Positions 41,669 to 51,596 of a DNA stretch of 52,876 nt are shown here, piece after piece. A program made the position numbers and the translations under genes. The DNA comes from an uncultured Clostridia bacterium (lineage in GTDB: Bacteria; Bacillota_I; Bacilli_A; RF39; UBA660): positions 1 through 52,876 of the forward strand of contig CAMVAF010000006.1 of NCBI GenBank assembly GCA_947165365.1, written 5' to 3'. Below the pieces are notes generated by a model. It was not told the origin of the DNA, did not search any database, and saw only the letters and a program-made list of their open reading frames with translations. Numbering within the stretch: position 1 is the stretch's first letter; the number at the start of each line of letters is the position of its first letter.

Positions 41669-42286
41669 ATGAATAAAAATATTATATCAAGTGTTGTAGG
41701 AGCAGGGTTCTTTGCCGTAGGATACCTTGGACTTTCTCTGGCGCTTCCCCCAGCACTTGCTTTAGGAGCAGTATCTTTTGTAGCATCTGAACTAATTGTT
41801 AATGGTGCCGATAAAAAAATAGAAGAAAGAAAAGAACTATCATTTAATGAAAAAATAAATGAAGCAAGAAAAGATAATAAACATATTAAAGAAATAATTT
41901 CGAATATCGAAGATGAAGAAGTTTGTAAAGATTTAGATGAAATAACTAAGTCCACTACTAAAATTATTAATTATATTGAAAAAAATAAATTAAAAAATAA
42001 AACTTCTGATAAATTTTTTGAGTACTATTTACCAGTTTGTGTTAAAATAGTAGATAGATACGACGACATTGAAAATCAAAGATTAACAAGCAGTGATAGT
42101 AAAAAATTCATGAATGATGGAAAAAGAATAATTAAAGATACGAATAATTCATTTAAAAAAATCCTTGATAGTTTATATCAAAGTGATATTGCAAACGCTG
42201 AAGCTGAAATGAAAGTATTTAATTCAATATTAAAATCAGATGGATATGATGAAAGTATCTTAGAAAGTGGTGATGATAATGAATAA
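41669..42286 (+). CDS. XpaC (5-bromo-4-chloroindolyl phosphate hydrolysis) family protein
   Basis: N-terminal TMs, FFEYYLP, C-terminal AEMKV...DG; in operon with TelA. Confidence 0.8.
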   Translation: MNKNIISSVVGAGFFAVGYLGLSLALPPALALGAVSFVASELIVNGADKKIEERKELSFNEKINEARKDNKHIKEIISNIEDEEVCKDLDEITKSTTKIINYIEKNKLKNKTSDKFFEYYLPVCVKIVDRYDDIENQRLTSSDSKKFMNDGKRIIKDTNNSFKKILDSLYQSDIANAEAEMKVFNSILKSDGYDESILESGDDNE

Positions 42287-43460
42287 AAAACAAATAATAG
42301 GAATTGTTATTCTAATAGTTTTAGTACTTCTAATTATTGGATATAAAAACTTTGGTAAAGAAGTATTAAATAGTAATTTAACAACTATTTATGTAGCAAC
42401 TGGTGGTGGAAAAGAAGATTTCCTAAAGGACGAAGAAGTCTTAGAAATATTAAGAAAAGAATATAAATTAAATGTTGTATTTGATACTTGGAGTAATAGT
42501 AAGACAGTAAGTAAGCCATTAATTAGAGAAACTATTGGTCTTGGAAATAGTGATATCATTTCAAGAATGGAAAATGGGGAAAAATTTACTATTAATTCAG
42601 AAGGTGTAACTAAGTATGATGCCTTGTTTACTTCAGATATTAGATATTATGATTATTATAAACAAAAACCAACTGGTGAAGAAGCTGAAAGATATACTGT
42701 TTTAGGTGGAGGTTTAACTCTTAATACACCAATTGTTTTCTACAGTTGGGATAAAATAGTTGATGCTTTAATTAAAAATAATCTAGCAAAAGAAGCAAAT
42801 GGTATATATTATGTTACTGATATGGAAAAACTAGTTAGTTATATCCTAAATGGAAAAAAATGGAGTGAGTTAGGTGTCTCAGATGATATTTATGGAAATG
42901 TAAGTATTTCATCAATTGACCCTGTTAAATCAAGTCCAGGTGCAACATACTATGGATTACTTCTAGGAATACTTTCCAAAGGTGAAATAACGGAAGCTAA
43001 TGTAAAAACCAACATGCCAAAGTTAAAAGATTTATATATTAAATCAGGTAATATGCGTTTTACTCCCGCTGATTTATTCCAAGAATATTTAAGAGCAGGT
43101 ATGGGAACTCAAAAAATAATCGTTGATTATGAAAAGAGTATTATTGATTTTTCTAACTCTAATAAAAAGGGTTTTGATAGTATAAAGGATCGAATAAGAA
43201 TTCTTTATCCAAAACCAACATCATGGAATAATCACTGTTATATGTATTTTACCGAAAATGGTGAAATATTAAATAAAGCTTTTGAAGAAAATGAAAGAAT
43301 TCAACAAATAGCTTGGGAAAAATATGGATTTAGAACAGGTGTTACAGGCGGAAAATACGATGTATCAAAAATAGGTATTCCTGTACCACAAGAAATTACA
43401 AGTACCATTTCTGGTCTTAAAATGAGTGAATATAATGCTTTAATAGATGGTCTTAAATAG
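42279..43460 (+). CDS. Membrane-anchored solute-binding-fold protein
   Basis: GGGKEDFL, TPIVFYSW, DPVKSSPG, YPKPT, AWEKYGFRTG. Confidence 0.7.
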   Translation: MNKKQIIGIVILIVLVLLIIGYKNFGKEVLNSNLTTIYVATGGGKEDFLKDEEVLEILRKEYKLNVVFDTWSNSKTVSKPLIRETIGLGNSDIISRMENGEKFTINSEGVTKYDALFTSDIRYYDYYKQKPTGEEAERYTVLGGGLTLNTPIVFYSWDKIVDALIKNNLAKEANGIYYVTDMEKLVSYILNGKKWSELGVSDDIYGNVSISSIDPVKSSPGATYYGLLLGILSKGEITEANVKTNMPKLKDLYIKSGNMRFTPADLFQEYLRAGMGTQKIIVDYEKSIIDFSNSNKKGFDSIKDRIRILYPKPTSWNNHCYMYFTENGEILNKAFEENERIQQIAWEKYGFRTGVTGGKYDVSKIGIPVPQEITSTISGLKMSEYNALIDGLK

Positions 43461-43469
43461 GAGGAGAAT

Positions 43470-44621
43470 ATGGAATTAAAATTAGAAAAGACAAGTTTTA
43501 AAGAGGATGAAGAGGTTGAAAAATTAGTTAATAGTGGAAAAAAGGTTGATGAAGCAAAAGTTGAAAAAACCCTAAATTATGATGCATTAACTAAAGAAGA
43601 AAAAGAGGCTATTGATAAATTTAATAGTGAAATTGATGTGTTTGACGGAACTCAAATATTACAGTTTGGTGCTCCTGCACAAGAAAAGATATCAAAGTTT
43701 TCTGATAGCATTCTAGAAAATGTTAGAACAAAAGATACTGGTGAAGTAGGGGATTTACTTGCAAATTTAGTTGCTGAAATCAAGTCATTTGATAATGCCA
43801 TCAATGATAATGCTAAAACTAATATTTTAGAAAGATTATTTTCATCTGCTAAAAAAGAATTTGACAAGTTAGTTGCCAAATATAATAAGATAGAGGGTAA
43901 TATCACTACTATTGAAAAAGGTTTAGAAAAAGACAAATTACAAATGTTGAAAGATATTAATTTATATGATGGTATGTATGATAAAAATCTTGAATATTTC
44001 AAAGAAATATCTTTATATATTATTGCTGGTGAAAGAAAAATTAAAGAATTAAAAGAAAAAGAATTACCAAAATTACAAAAGATTGCTGAAAAATCAGGAG
44101 AACAATTAGATATTCAAAAAGTACAAGATATGGAAGCAATTATTGATAGATTAGAAAAGAAAATCTATGATCTTAAAACAACAAGAATGATTTCTATTCA
44201 AATGGCACCACAAATTAGATTATTACAAAACAATGATGCCTTACTTGTTGAAAAAATTCAAAGTTCTATTATGAATACTATTCCACTATGGAAAAATCAA
44301 ATGGTTCTTGCTTTAGGTATTAATAATGCAAATAAAGCTTTAAAACATCAACAAGCAGTATCAAAATTAACTAATGATATGTTGAAGAAAAATAGTGAAA
44401 CTTTAAAACAAGGTTCAATTAAGATTGCTGAAGAATCAGAAAAAGCTATTGTTGATATTGAAACTATTCGCAAAACTAATAGTGATATTATTGAAACAAT
44501 AGATAAGGTAATTGAAATTCATGAAAATGGTAGAATTAAACGTCAAGAATCTGAAAAAGAACTTGAAAGCATGGAACAAGAACTTAAAGATAAATTATTA
44601 AAAATAAATTTAAAAAAATAA
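43470..44621 (+). CDS. Toxic anion resistance protein TelA/YaaN family
   Basis: ILQFG..AQ, QMAPQIRLLQ, TIPLWKNQ, VDIETI. Confidence 0.92.
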   Translation: MELKLEKTSFKEDEEVEKLVNSGKKVDEAKVEKTLNYDALTKEEKEAIDKFNSEIDVFDGTQILQFGAPAQEKISKFSDSILENVRTKDTGEVGDLLANLVAEIKSFDNAINDNAKTNILERLFSSAKKEFDKLVAKYNKIEGNITTIEKGLEKDKLQMLKDINLYDGMYDKNLEYFKEISLYIIAGERKIKELKEKELPKLQKIAEKSGEQLDIQKVQDMEAIIDRLEKKIYDLKTTRMISIQMAPQIRLLQNNDALLVEKIQSSIMNTIPLWKNQMVLALGINNANKALKHQQAVSKLTNDMLKKNSETLKQGSIKIAEESEKAIVDIETIRKTNSDIIETIDKVIEIHENGRIKRQESEKELESMEQELKDKLLKINLKK

Positions 44622-44625
44622 TATA

Positions 44626-44660
44626 TAATCTCGATTGATTTATTTCAATCGAGATTATTT
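44626..44660. terminator. Bidirectional terminator between convergent operons
   Basis: ataatctcgattga / tcaatcgagattat inverted repeat. Confidence 0.75.
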
Positions 44661-44680
44661 TAAAAAAGAATAGAAATATT

Positions 44681-44932
44681 TTATTCTTCAAAATCGATTC
44701 TTTTTTTAGTATTAAATTGTACTAGACCACCTGTATATACACCAACTAATACTGCACCAGAAGCACTAAAGAAATGTGTTACAAAGTAAAGTATTAGTTT
44801 TTTTACATCTCCGCCATAACCCGTTATACTAAGAAATCCAATACCAATATTATTACACAAAACAAGTATTATTCCCAGTATTGCCAACCTAGAATATTTT
44901 TTCCCGTTTGGAGTTTTATTATATTCTTTCAC
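44681..44932 (-). CDS. Small two-TM protein (possible immunity or accessory factor)
   Basis: AAGGAG RBS; start overlaps upstream stop; two hydrophobic helices. Confidence 0.6.
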   Translation of the reverse strand: MKEYNKTPNGKKYSRLAILGIILVLCNNIGIGFLSITGYGGDVKKLILYFVTHFFSASGAVLVGVYTGGLVQFNTKKRIDFEE

Positions 44933-45915
44933 TATTTATTCTCCTTAATCATTTTAGCACCTAGAGATATATCTAAAGCAGCATCATTCAATCTACCTGA
45001 AATATCTATGCCAATATCATCATATATAATTTTTAAAATTTCACCCTCTGAATGGCTTTTTAATGGATTTTGGCGATTTTTATTGTAATAACTATTTCCA
45101 TATCTTAAAATAGACATATAAATATTTGTAGCTTCCTGTTCATCAGTTATACCATACTTATATAAAAGATAATTAGTATATTCAGTTAAACTATATTTAT
45201 CATCTACAAATATGTCACCTGCTTTAAAAGCAGTATCTCTATCAAAATCAAATTTATATGGATCAGTTGTTACTGAAGCATCATTTGGTTCTTGTGTAGT
45301 ATTTTGAGTACTTGTAGAAGTATCAGGTGTGGTGTATGTACCACCTCCACCTCCACCTCCACCAGATGAGTTATTATAAGATCCATCATAAGGTGTTTTT
45401 TTATCACCAGAACTATCTGATTTATCAGTAACGGTATCAGTAGTATCTTTTTTATCACCAGAATCATCTGATTTATCAGTAACGGTATCAGTAGTATCTT
45501 TTTTATCACTAGAACCATCTGATTTATCAGTAACGGTATCAGTAGTATCTTTTTTATCACCAGAACCATCTGATTTATCAGTAACAGTACCAGTAGTATC
45601 CTCAGCCTTATCGCCATGTTCATCTTGAGATAAATCATAAACTGTTTCTAATCTATCAGTTCCACTTTGATCTAAAGTCATAAAATCTTGCTCAGCACCA
45701 GAAACCTGACCTAATATAGTGGTAATTTCGGATTGGATAGTATCAATAAAGGATTTTATAGTACCAATATGTCCATTATCAAAACCTAATTCTTCAAGAA
45801 TCTGACAGTCATTAACTGAGTCTTTACAATCAACAAGAAATGTGTATGTACTTTGCATTTCACCTTTGAATTGGCTAGAAACGCCTTCTTCCATCTTTAC
45901 CGTCGTCTTTATCAT
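44932..45915 (-). CDS. Hypothetical protein: helical N-domain, 17-aa acidic repeats, poly-Gly linker, C-domain
   Basis: KKDTTDTVTDKSD(G/D/S)S(G/S)D repeats; start overlaps upstream stop. Confidence 0.75.
   Translation of the reverse strand: MIKTTVKMEEGVSSQFKGEMQSTYTFLVDCKDSVNDCQILEELGFDNGHIGTIKSFIDTIQSEITTILGQVSGAEQDFMTLDQSGTDRLETVYDLSQDEHGDKAEDTTGTVTDKSDGSGDKKDTTDTVTDKSDGSSDKKDTTDTVTDKSDDSGDKKDTTDTVTDKSDSSGDKKTPYDGSYNNSSGGGGGGGGTYTTPDTSTSTQNTTQEPNDASVTTDPYKFDFDRDTAFKAGDIFVDDKYSLTEYTNYLLYKYGITDEQEATNIYMSILRYGNSYYNKNRQNPLKSHSEGEILKIIYDDIGIDISGRLNDAALDISLGAKMIKENK
45397..45600 (-). repeat. 51-bp tandem repeat, about 4 copies
   Basis: Repeated atctgatttatcagtaac(g/a)gta(t/c)cagtagtatc on + strand. 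Confidence 0.92.
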
Positions 45916-46298
45916 GTCACATCACCTTCCAAACTCAATCTTCGTCGTTCTGCAGCGATTTGAGCTTCAACACTTGCAATTTCATCAATTGTAGCATTAT
46001 ACAAATCAATTGTATCTTTCAACATCTTAAGATCAGGATACAATACTCCAAAAACTATTTTTGTTTTATTTACTAGGTAAACAGATTCTCTATAAATAAC
46101 ATCAGAACATGCTGAATCCACTTTATCGACGTTATTACATATTTCTTCTTTGCAATTTCCCTCCCAATATAAAGCTCTTACATTTTTACCAGTAGGTTGA
46201 TAAGAATTAACTTCACTTACAGAAGTCTGTCCATGAGAACTTATAATATTAAAGTATCTTAAAAATTCTCCATCAAATTTTTTTTTGGCATAACCCAT
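45912..46298 (-). CDS. WXG100-like helical protein
   Basis: 128 aa, central YWEG motif, helical C-half. Confidence 0.55.
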   Translation of the reverse strand: MGYAKKKFDGEFLRYFNIISSHGQTSVSEVNSYQPTGKNVRALYWEGNCKEEICNNVDKVDSACSDVIYRESVYLVNKTKIVFGVLYPDLKMLKDTIDLYNATIDEIASVEAQIAAERRRLSLEGDVT

Positions 46299-46603
46299 TA
46301 TTTTCCTCCTGAAACTGACTTATTAATTGTTGAATAACAATTATTATATATTTGACAAGACTCCTCTAATTTTGAGATAAGCACATTAATTGTTTGTACT
46401 CTTGCATCAATCTTATTAACCAATAAATTATTATTTTTTATGCTAGCGTCATAAGTTTTACCACTTAATTGACTTTCAATAAGTTCATCACGTGTTTTTT
46501 TAATTCTACTAGCTAAATCAACTAATTTTTCTTTTTGATCTTTAAGTAACTGTAATTCTTTTTCTATATTAAAAATTTTAACATTAATTGTATTTGTTTG
46601 CAT
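46298..46603 (-). CDS. WXG100/LXG-like coiled-coil protein
   Basis: 101 aa from ATG after GGAGG; central LSG turn between two long helices. Confidence 0.5.
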   Translation of the reverse strand: MQTNTINVKIFNIEKELQLLKDQKEKLVDLASRIKKTRDELIESQLSGKTYDASIKNNNLLVNKIDARVQTINVLISKLEESCQIYNNCYSTINKSVSGGK

Positions 46604-46910
46604 ACTTGTCAACCTCCGAATCATATATAGCATTGTTTTTAGCATAATCTAAGTCCGTTTGTTTAAAATCATCGTTAATACCTAAAATTGTGTTGCCATA
46701 TCTTTGAATTCTATTTACATCGTTTTGAACATCATTTACAAAATTATTAAACATAACATCATAAATTTCTCCATTTGTTGATAACCAATTATCATGAATA
46801 TTTTTTTGTCTTTCTTTTAAATTTGTTAAAATATCATTTAACTCACTTGAATATTTTAAATAATCATTTCCATTTTTTTCTAAAACATTAAAATCAATAT
46901 GTACTCTCAT
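46584..46910 (-). CDS. WXG100-like protein
   Basis: 108 aa from ATG after GGAGG; helix-NWLS..G-helix, F...D C-terminal pattern. Confidence 0.6.
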   Translation of the reverse strand: MRVHIDFNVLEKNGNDYLKYSSELNDILTNLKERQKNIHDNWLSTNGEIYDVMFNNFVNDVQNDVNRIQRYGNTILGINDDFKQTDLDYAKNNAIYDSEVDKYANKYN

Positions 46911-46920
46911 ATTTCCTCCT

Positions 46921-48030
46921 CTATATATTATCCCAATCAGTAACAACTTGTTGACTATATCCTAACATATCTTTACTTTGATAACCTTTTCTATCGCCAT
47001 CATGATGGTAACAAACAGTTCCCTGGATATTTTGAGAACCTGGTTTTTGTCCTGCTTGAAGTATTATCGGAATTACATCACTATCGACATGACCTACAAC
47101 ATTATAAGTACCTGGATAATCTCTTTGTGGACCATCTCCAACAACAGCAACATTTTTAGTTTTATTTTCATTAAGCCACGTTCCATTACTTTTATTTTCT
47201 TGTGTATTAGCATATTTTTGCCAATCACCTTCCATATAAATGGTTCCAAAATCATTTCCTGTAGATTTCTTTCTTCCACAACTAAACGATAATCTTGTAA
47301 ATTCCGTAACAACCTGACCACGTTGTAATTTCTTTTGAGGAGTTACATTCATTTTTATTACTGCACCTGACTCTGTAACAATCTTCATTTTATTAGCAAT
47401 TACCATTCCATTAACAGTAGTTATTAAAGTATCATTATCACCAAGATGACCATCATCACAAACAATTTCAGAATTTTTAGTTGTTTCTAATGAATACATT
47501 TTTCCTTGATCTGTTTTACCTATAACCTTATAATCTCTTGTACATCCTTTTTTATTTGACGAATCATATTGATATAAATCACCATTAAATGTTAATATAG
47601 CCATTTGATCATTTGATAAATGATTTTTAAGTTCTTTACTTAAAACTTTTCTATCTTTTTTATTTAGTCCACTTGATATAACATATAAAGCATCTGTTTT
47701 ACTAGATGTATAAATACTTACTTGTTTACCATTTATATCGATAGTCTCTTTTAATTTTAAATCACTATATGTTACAGAATAATCAATAACTAAATCACTA
47801 GATCTAACTTTAGGTACATTTTTTAATTGATTTTCATATTTTGATAAATCAACAGCACCTTTTGCAAGGATTGTCTCAAATACATTGCTATCATAACTTA
47901 TAGTATCATCCTTTAAAGCATCAACAACAGAATTTATCTCATCAGTAAGTTCTGCTATCTCCCCGTCATAAACAGCTATATTATTATTTAATACTTCTAA
48001 TTGATTTAATAATTCACTAAGTTTTGACAT
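46921..48030 (-). CDS. Hypothetical protein, N-terminal coiled coil plus unknown globular domain (candidate effector)
   Basis: GGAGGAG RBS; first gene after minus-strand TTGATT-17-TATAAT (48088-48060). Confidence 0.7.
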   Translation of the reverse strand: MSKLSELLNQLEVLNNNIAVYDGEIAELTDEINSVVDALKDDTISYDSNVFETILAKGAVDLSKYENQLKNVPKVRSSDLVIDYSVTYSDLKLKETIDINGKQVSIYTSSKTDALYVISSGLNKKDRKVLSKELKNHLSNDQMAILTFNGDLYQYDSSNKKGCTRDYKVIGKTDQGKMYSLETTKNSEIVCDDGHLGDNDTLITTVNGMVIANKMKIVTESGAVIKMNVTPQKKLQRGQVVTEFTRLSFSCGRKKSTGNDFGTIYMEGDWQKYANTQENKSNGTWLNENKTKNVAVVGDGPQRDYPGTYNVVGHVDSDVIPIILQAGQKPGSQNIQGTVCYHHDGDRKGYQSKDMLGYSQQVVTDWDNI

Positions 48031-48204
48031 TGCATCCACTCCTCCACTATCATATAAAAATTATATCAATTTTTGATATATTAATCAATATTTTTTTTAT
48101 CTTTTTATATAAAAAACATTTAAACTGTCAAGCAAGTAGTGATATAAAGTTATTATTTTTACGAATTATTATTTTTATGCTATAATAAAAAACAAGGAGT
48201 TAAT

Positions 48205-49755
48205 ATGAATAATTTATATTTTAGTGATATTTATAATGATTTTTTTAAAGTGGAAAAACAAGAAATAACTGAAGAAGAAAAAAATAATAGTCAAATTTTA
48301 GAAAATATTGATAATTTATACCTAGATAATGAATCTAAAAATTTATTAAAACAAATTCTTAATTATATGGAAAAATACCATAATAATGAAGAAACTAATT
48401 ATATTAATTTTAATATGATAATAGAAGGCAATAATAAAGAAACTATCACAAACATTGCTAATATTCTTGCAAATAATAATAAAAAGAATAGTTATTTAAC
48501 AAATGATAAAATATATGATTTATCACTTTATAGTTTAAATAACAAAATTAATATTAATGAAATTTATGATAATAATAGCATCATTATTATTAATGATTTA
48601 TCATCTATTACTATGCAAGATGAAAATCAAAGAAAAATGTTTTTCTATAATTTGAAAAATAATTTAAATAAACAAAACATAACTATTTTAAGTGGTGATA
48701 AAGAAACAATAAATAATTTTCTTTTATATGATAATGATTTAAAAAATAAATATTTTAATTTTCATTTATTAGAAGTTATTCCTGATACTCAAGACATATA
48801 TAATGATATATTAAAGAAAATAGATAATCAAAATATTAAAATTAATCTTTTAGATTATATAACAAACACTTACCAAGAAATTAATAATTATCCTGATTAT
48901 CGTGATAAATTAATTAGTTATATTTCCTTTAATAAAACACTTCCACCAGTTAAAGTAGAAAAAACAATGGAAGAAATCTTTCAAGAGCTAAATAGTTTAG
49001 TAGGACTTACTGATATTAAAAAAATTCTTAAAGATTTAGTTAATTTAATAAGTTTTAAAGATAAAAGTAATTTAGATATTAAGAATATCAATTTAAATAT
49101 GTTATTCCTAGGTAATCCAGGAACCGGTAAAACCACTGTTGCCAGAATACTTTCTAGTATTTTGTATAATCTAGGTTATATTAAAGAAAACAAACTTGTT
49201 GAAGTAACTAGTAAAGATTTAGTAGCTGAATATGTTGGTCAAACATCTATTAAAACATATAGTGTGTTAGAAAAAGCCTTTAATGGAGTTTTATTTATAG
49301 ATGAAGCTTATTCATTATCAAGTAAAAACAACTCCTATAATGATGAAGCTATAGCAACCCTTATTAAAACAATGGAAGATAATCGTGATAAATTAGTCGT
49401 TATTTTTGCAGGTTATACTAAAGAAATGCAAGATTTTATTAATTCCAATTCTGGCATTGCATCACGTATTGGATATACTTTAAATTTCAAAGATTATACA
49501 GAAGAAGAATTAATTGAAATCTTTAAAGGTATGATAAGTAAAGCGGGATTTAAAATAACTAAAGAAGCTCTAGATAAAGCAAGAGGATATATTAATGAAT
49601 TTAAAAATAAACCAAATTTTGGTAATGCCAGAATGGTTAGAAATATGTATGAAAAAACTGTATTAGAACATGCATCAAATACTAAAAATTATAAGAGAAA
49701 AGACAAATTAATTACTATCACAGACAAAGATATTACAGTAGAGAATATGATATAA
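48205..49755 (+). CDS. AAA+ ATPase, CbxX/CfxQ/SpoVK/EccA family, with degenerate N-terminal AAA-like domain
   Basis: LVGL..IK, GNPGTGKT, LVAEYVGQT, FIDEAY, IFAGY, FGNAR. Confidence 0.9.
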   Translation: MNNLYFSDIYNDFFKVEKQEITEEEKNNSQILENIDNLYLDNESKNLLKQILNYMEKYHNNEETNYINFNMIIEGNNKETITNIANILANNNKKNSYLTNDKIYDLSLYSLNNKININEIYDNNSIIIINDLSSITMQDENQRKMFFYNLKNNLNKQNITILSGDKETINNFLLYDNDLKNKYFNFHLLEVIPDTQDIYNDILKKIDNQNIKINLLDYITNTYQEINNYPDYRDKLISYISFNKTLPPVKVEKTMEEIFQELNSLVGLTDIKKILKDLVNLISFKDKSNLDIKNINLNMLFLGNPGTGKTTVARILSSILYNLGYIKENKLVEVTSKDLVAEYVGQTSIKTYSVLEKAFNGVLFIDEAYSLSSKNNSYNDEAIATLIKTMEDNRDKLVVIFAGYTKEMQDFINSNSGIASRIGYTLNFKDYTEEELIEIFKGMISKAGFKITKEALDKARGYINEFKNKPNFGNARMVRNMYEKTVLEHASNTKNYKRKDKLITITDKDITVENMI

Positions 49756-49756
49756 T

Positions 49757-50674
49757 ATGAGAAAATATATAATAAGTGATATTCATGGTAATGGAAACCT
49801 TTATTATTCCATTATGTCTTATTTAGATAATATCAGTATCAAAGAAGATTTAACCCTTTATATTAATGGTGATTTAATAGATCGTGGTATTGAATCAGGA
49901 GAAATATTATTAGATATCATAAAAAGAATAAAAAATAATAATCCAAGATTTAAAATAATTTATCTAGGTGGTAATCATGAAGATATGATGTATAAATATT
50001 ATAAAGATAAATTAAGAGGTGGGATAAATAACTTTAATCTTTGGTATGAAAATGGTGGTTATGTAACTGATTATGCCCTAGAAGATTTATTAAATGATAA
50101 AGAAATTCAAGAAGTAATAGATTTTATTGGTAACTTAGATTTATATTATAAATTTAATGAAAAAATTAATCATAAAAATATTATTTTAGCACACTCATCT
50201 TGTCCTATTAATCCTAAAGATAAATGTGATATGAAAATAAAAGATAATCAAGATGAAATAAATTATCTTTTATGGTCTAGGAAGAATGATCCTTATATAC
50301 CATATCATATTATTGGAAATGAAAAATATTTTACCATTATAGGACATACACCAAATAATAATCCCTTTGGATTTGTTTATGATAAAGAAGAAAATTTTCT
50401 AAATATTGATGGAGGATCATCAATGTATGTATCTGGTTTATTTTATTATGATCATTACCCATTAATAGAAATAAAAGATAATTATTTAAAAATATTAACT
50501 TTTAATAACAATAATGAAATAATATATGGTAATTACTTTAAAAATAATAAAATAATTCCATATATGAAAGAAGAACTAGATAAAGAAACAAAATATCTAG
50601 ATAAAAATTTTCATCCAAAAAAATTAGTTGAATTAGAAGATGGTATAATAGGTTATCAAGATTGGAAAAAATAA
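49757..50674 (+). CDS. Calcineurin-like metallophosphoesterase (PphA/ApaH-like)
   Basis: SDIHG, GDLIDRG, GNHE, GHTP, IDGG. Confidence 0.9.
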   Translation: MRKYIISDIHGNGNLYYSIMSYLDNISIKEDLTLYINGDLIDRGIESGEILLDIIKRIKNNNPRFKIIYLGGNHEDMMYKYYKDKLRGGINNFNLWYENGGYVTDYALEDLLNDKEIQEVIDFIGNLDLYYKFNEKINHKNIILAHSSCPINPKDKCDMKIKDNQDEINYLLWSRKNDPYIPYHIIGNEKYFTIIGHTPNNNPFGFVYDKEENFLNIDGGSSMYVSGLFYYDHYPLIEIKDNYLKILTFNNNNEIIYGNYFKNNKIIPYMKEELDKETKYLDKNFHPKKLVELEDGIIGYQDWKK

Positions 50675-50692
50675 AAAGAAAGTAAACTATAT

Positions 50693-50720
50693 TTTTAAAA
50701 TCAAATAATATGAGTAAAGA
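50693..50720 (+). repeat. Module-boundary direct repeat, copy 1
   Basis: ttttaaaatcaaataatatgagtaaaga. Confidence 0.85.
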
Positions 50721-50799
50721 CTATTCTTATTGGTTATTTATAGTGCATTTTTATTATGATTTTTAATATATATACTTTTATTTAATATGTATATAATAA

Positions 50800-50841
50800 T
50801 ATTGAAAATATATTGACAATATATTGAATATGTAATATAAT
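50800..50841 (+). promoter_or_regulatory. Sigma-A promoter with probable antitoxin operator
   Basis: TTGACA-17-TATAAT (50813-50841); atattga repeated three times at 11-bp period; atatattg-a-caatatat palindrome. Confidence 0.7.
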
Positions 50842-50865
50842 TGAATATGCGAGGAGATGATATGT

Positions 50866-51150
50866 ATGGCCAATATGTCAAATGCAATAAATATGAGTTT
50901 TAGAGTTGATAAGAATCTAAAGCAACAGGCAGATACACTATTTAAGAAATTAGGTATTAACACAAGTGCTGCTTTAAATATGTTTTTGACTCAAAGTGTG
51001 CGTGAACAAAGTATTCCATTTGTTCCTACTATGAATGTTCCAAATGAAAGATTATTATCTGCTATTAAAGAAGTTGAAGATATTGAAAGTGGCAAAATAA
51101 AGGCTAAAAGATATAAAACTTTTGAAGATGCATTAAAGGATTTAGATTAA
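50866..51150 (+). CDS. RelB/DinJ family antitoxin
   Basis: FRVDKNLKQQA...LG...SAALNMFL.Q.VRE..IPF. Confidence 0.92.
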   Translation: MANMSNAINMSFRVDKNLKQQADTLFKKLGINTSAALNMFLTQSVREQSIPFVPTMNVPNERLLSAIKEVEDIESGKIKAKRYKTFEDALKDLD

Positions 51151-51437
51151 TGAAGTATGATATAGTATTAACATCAGCTTTTAAAAGTTGTTTAAAAACA
51201 ATAAAGAAAAGAAGAAAAGATTTAGATAAACTTACAACTGTTGTTAATATGATAGCAAGTGGTGAACAATTAGATGTAAAATATCGTGATCATGAATTAA
51301 ACGATAATAAGTATTTTAAAAATTGTCGCGAGTTACATTTGGAACCAGACTGGTTGTTAGTTTATAAAATAAACAAGAAAGATTTAATTTTATTTCTAAT
51401 GGAAACAGGAACACATAGTGATTTATTCAACATGTAG
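51150..51437 (+). CDS. YafQ family mRNA interferase toxin
   Basis: YRDHEL, RELHLEPDWLLVY, TGTHSDLF. Confidence 0.93.
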   Translation: MKYDIVLTSAFKSCLKTIKKRRKDLDKLTTVVNMIASGEQLDVKYRDHELNDNKYFKNCRELHLEPDWLLVYKINKKDLILFLMETGTHSDLFNM

Positions 51438-51464
51438 TTGTGATAATAAACATAACTACTTTTC

Positions 51465-51492
51465 TTTTAGAATTCAATAATATGAGTAATTA
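51465..51492 (+). repeat. Module-boundary direct repeat, copy 2
   Basis: ttttagaattcaataatatgagtaatta. Confidence 0.85.
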
Positions 51493-51546
51493 AGCTATTT
51501 AAAATACATTTTTCTAAATTTTGTGTATAAAATATTAGTAGAAGAC

Positions 51547-51575
51547 TTGACGTACGTAAAAAAGTACGTTATAAT
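51547..51575 (+). promoter_or_regulatory. Sigma-A promoter with YefM-type operator
   Basis: TTGACG-17-TATAAT containing two GTAC palindromes 12 bp apart. Confidence 0.75.
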
Positions 51576-51596
51576 GTGAATAAGTGAGGTGATATA

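Noticed and set aside
2947-47321. Short overlapping ORFs in the track (e.g. 2947-3255, 7684-7956, 12024-12398, 20947-21546, 29320-29787, 32337-32768, 43652-44002, 45270-45638)
   Set aside because: Antisense or off-frame shadows of well-supported genes, lacking RBS and family motifs
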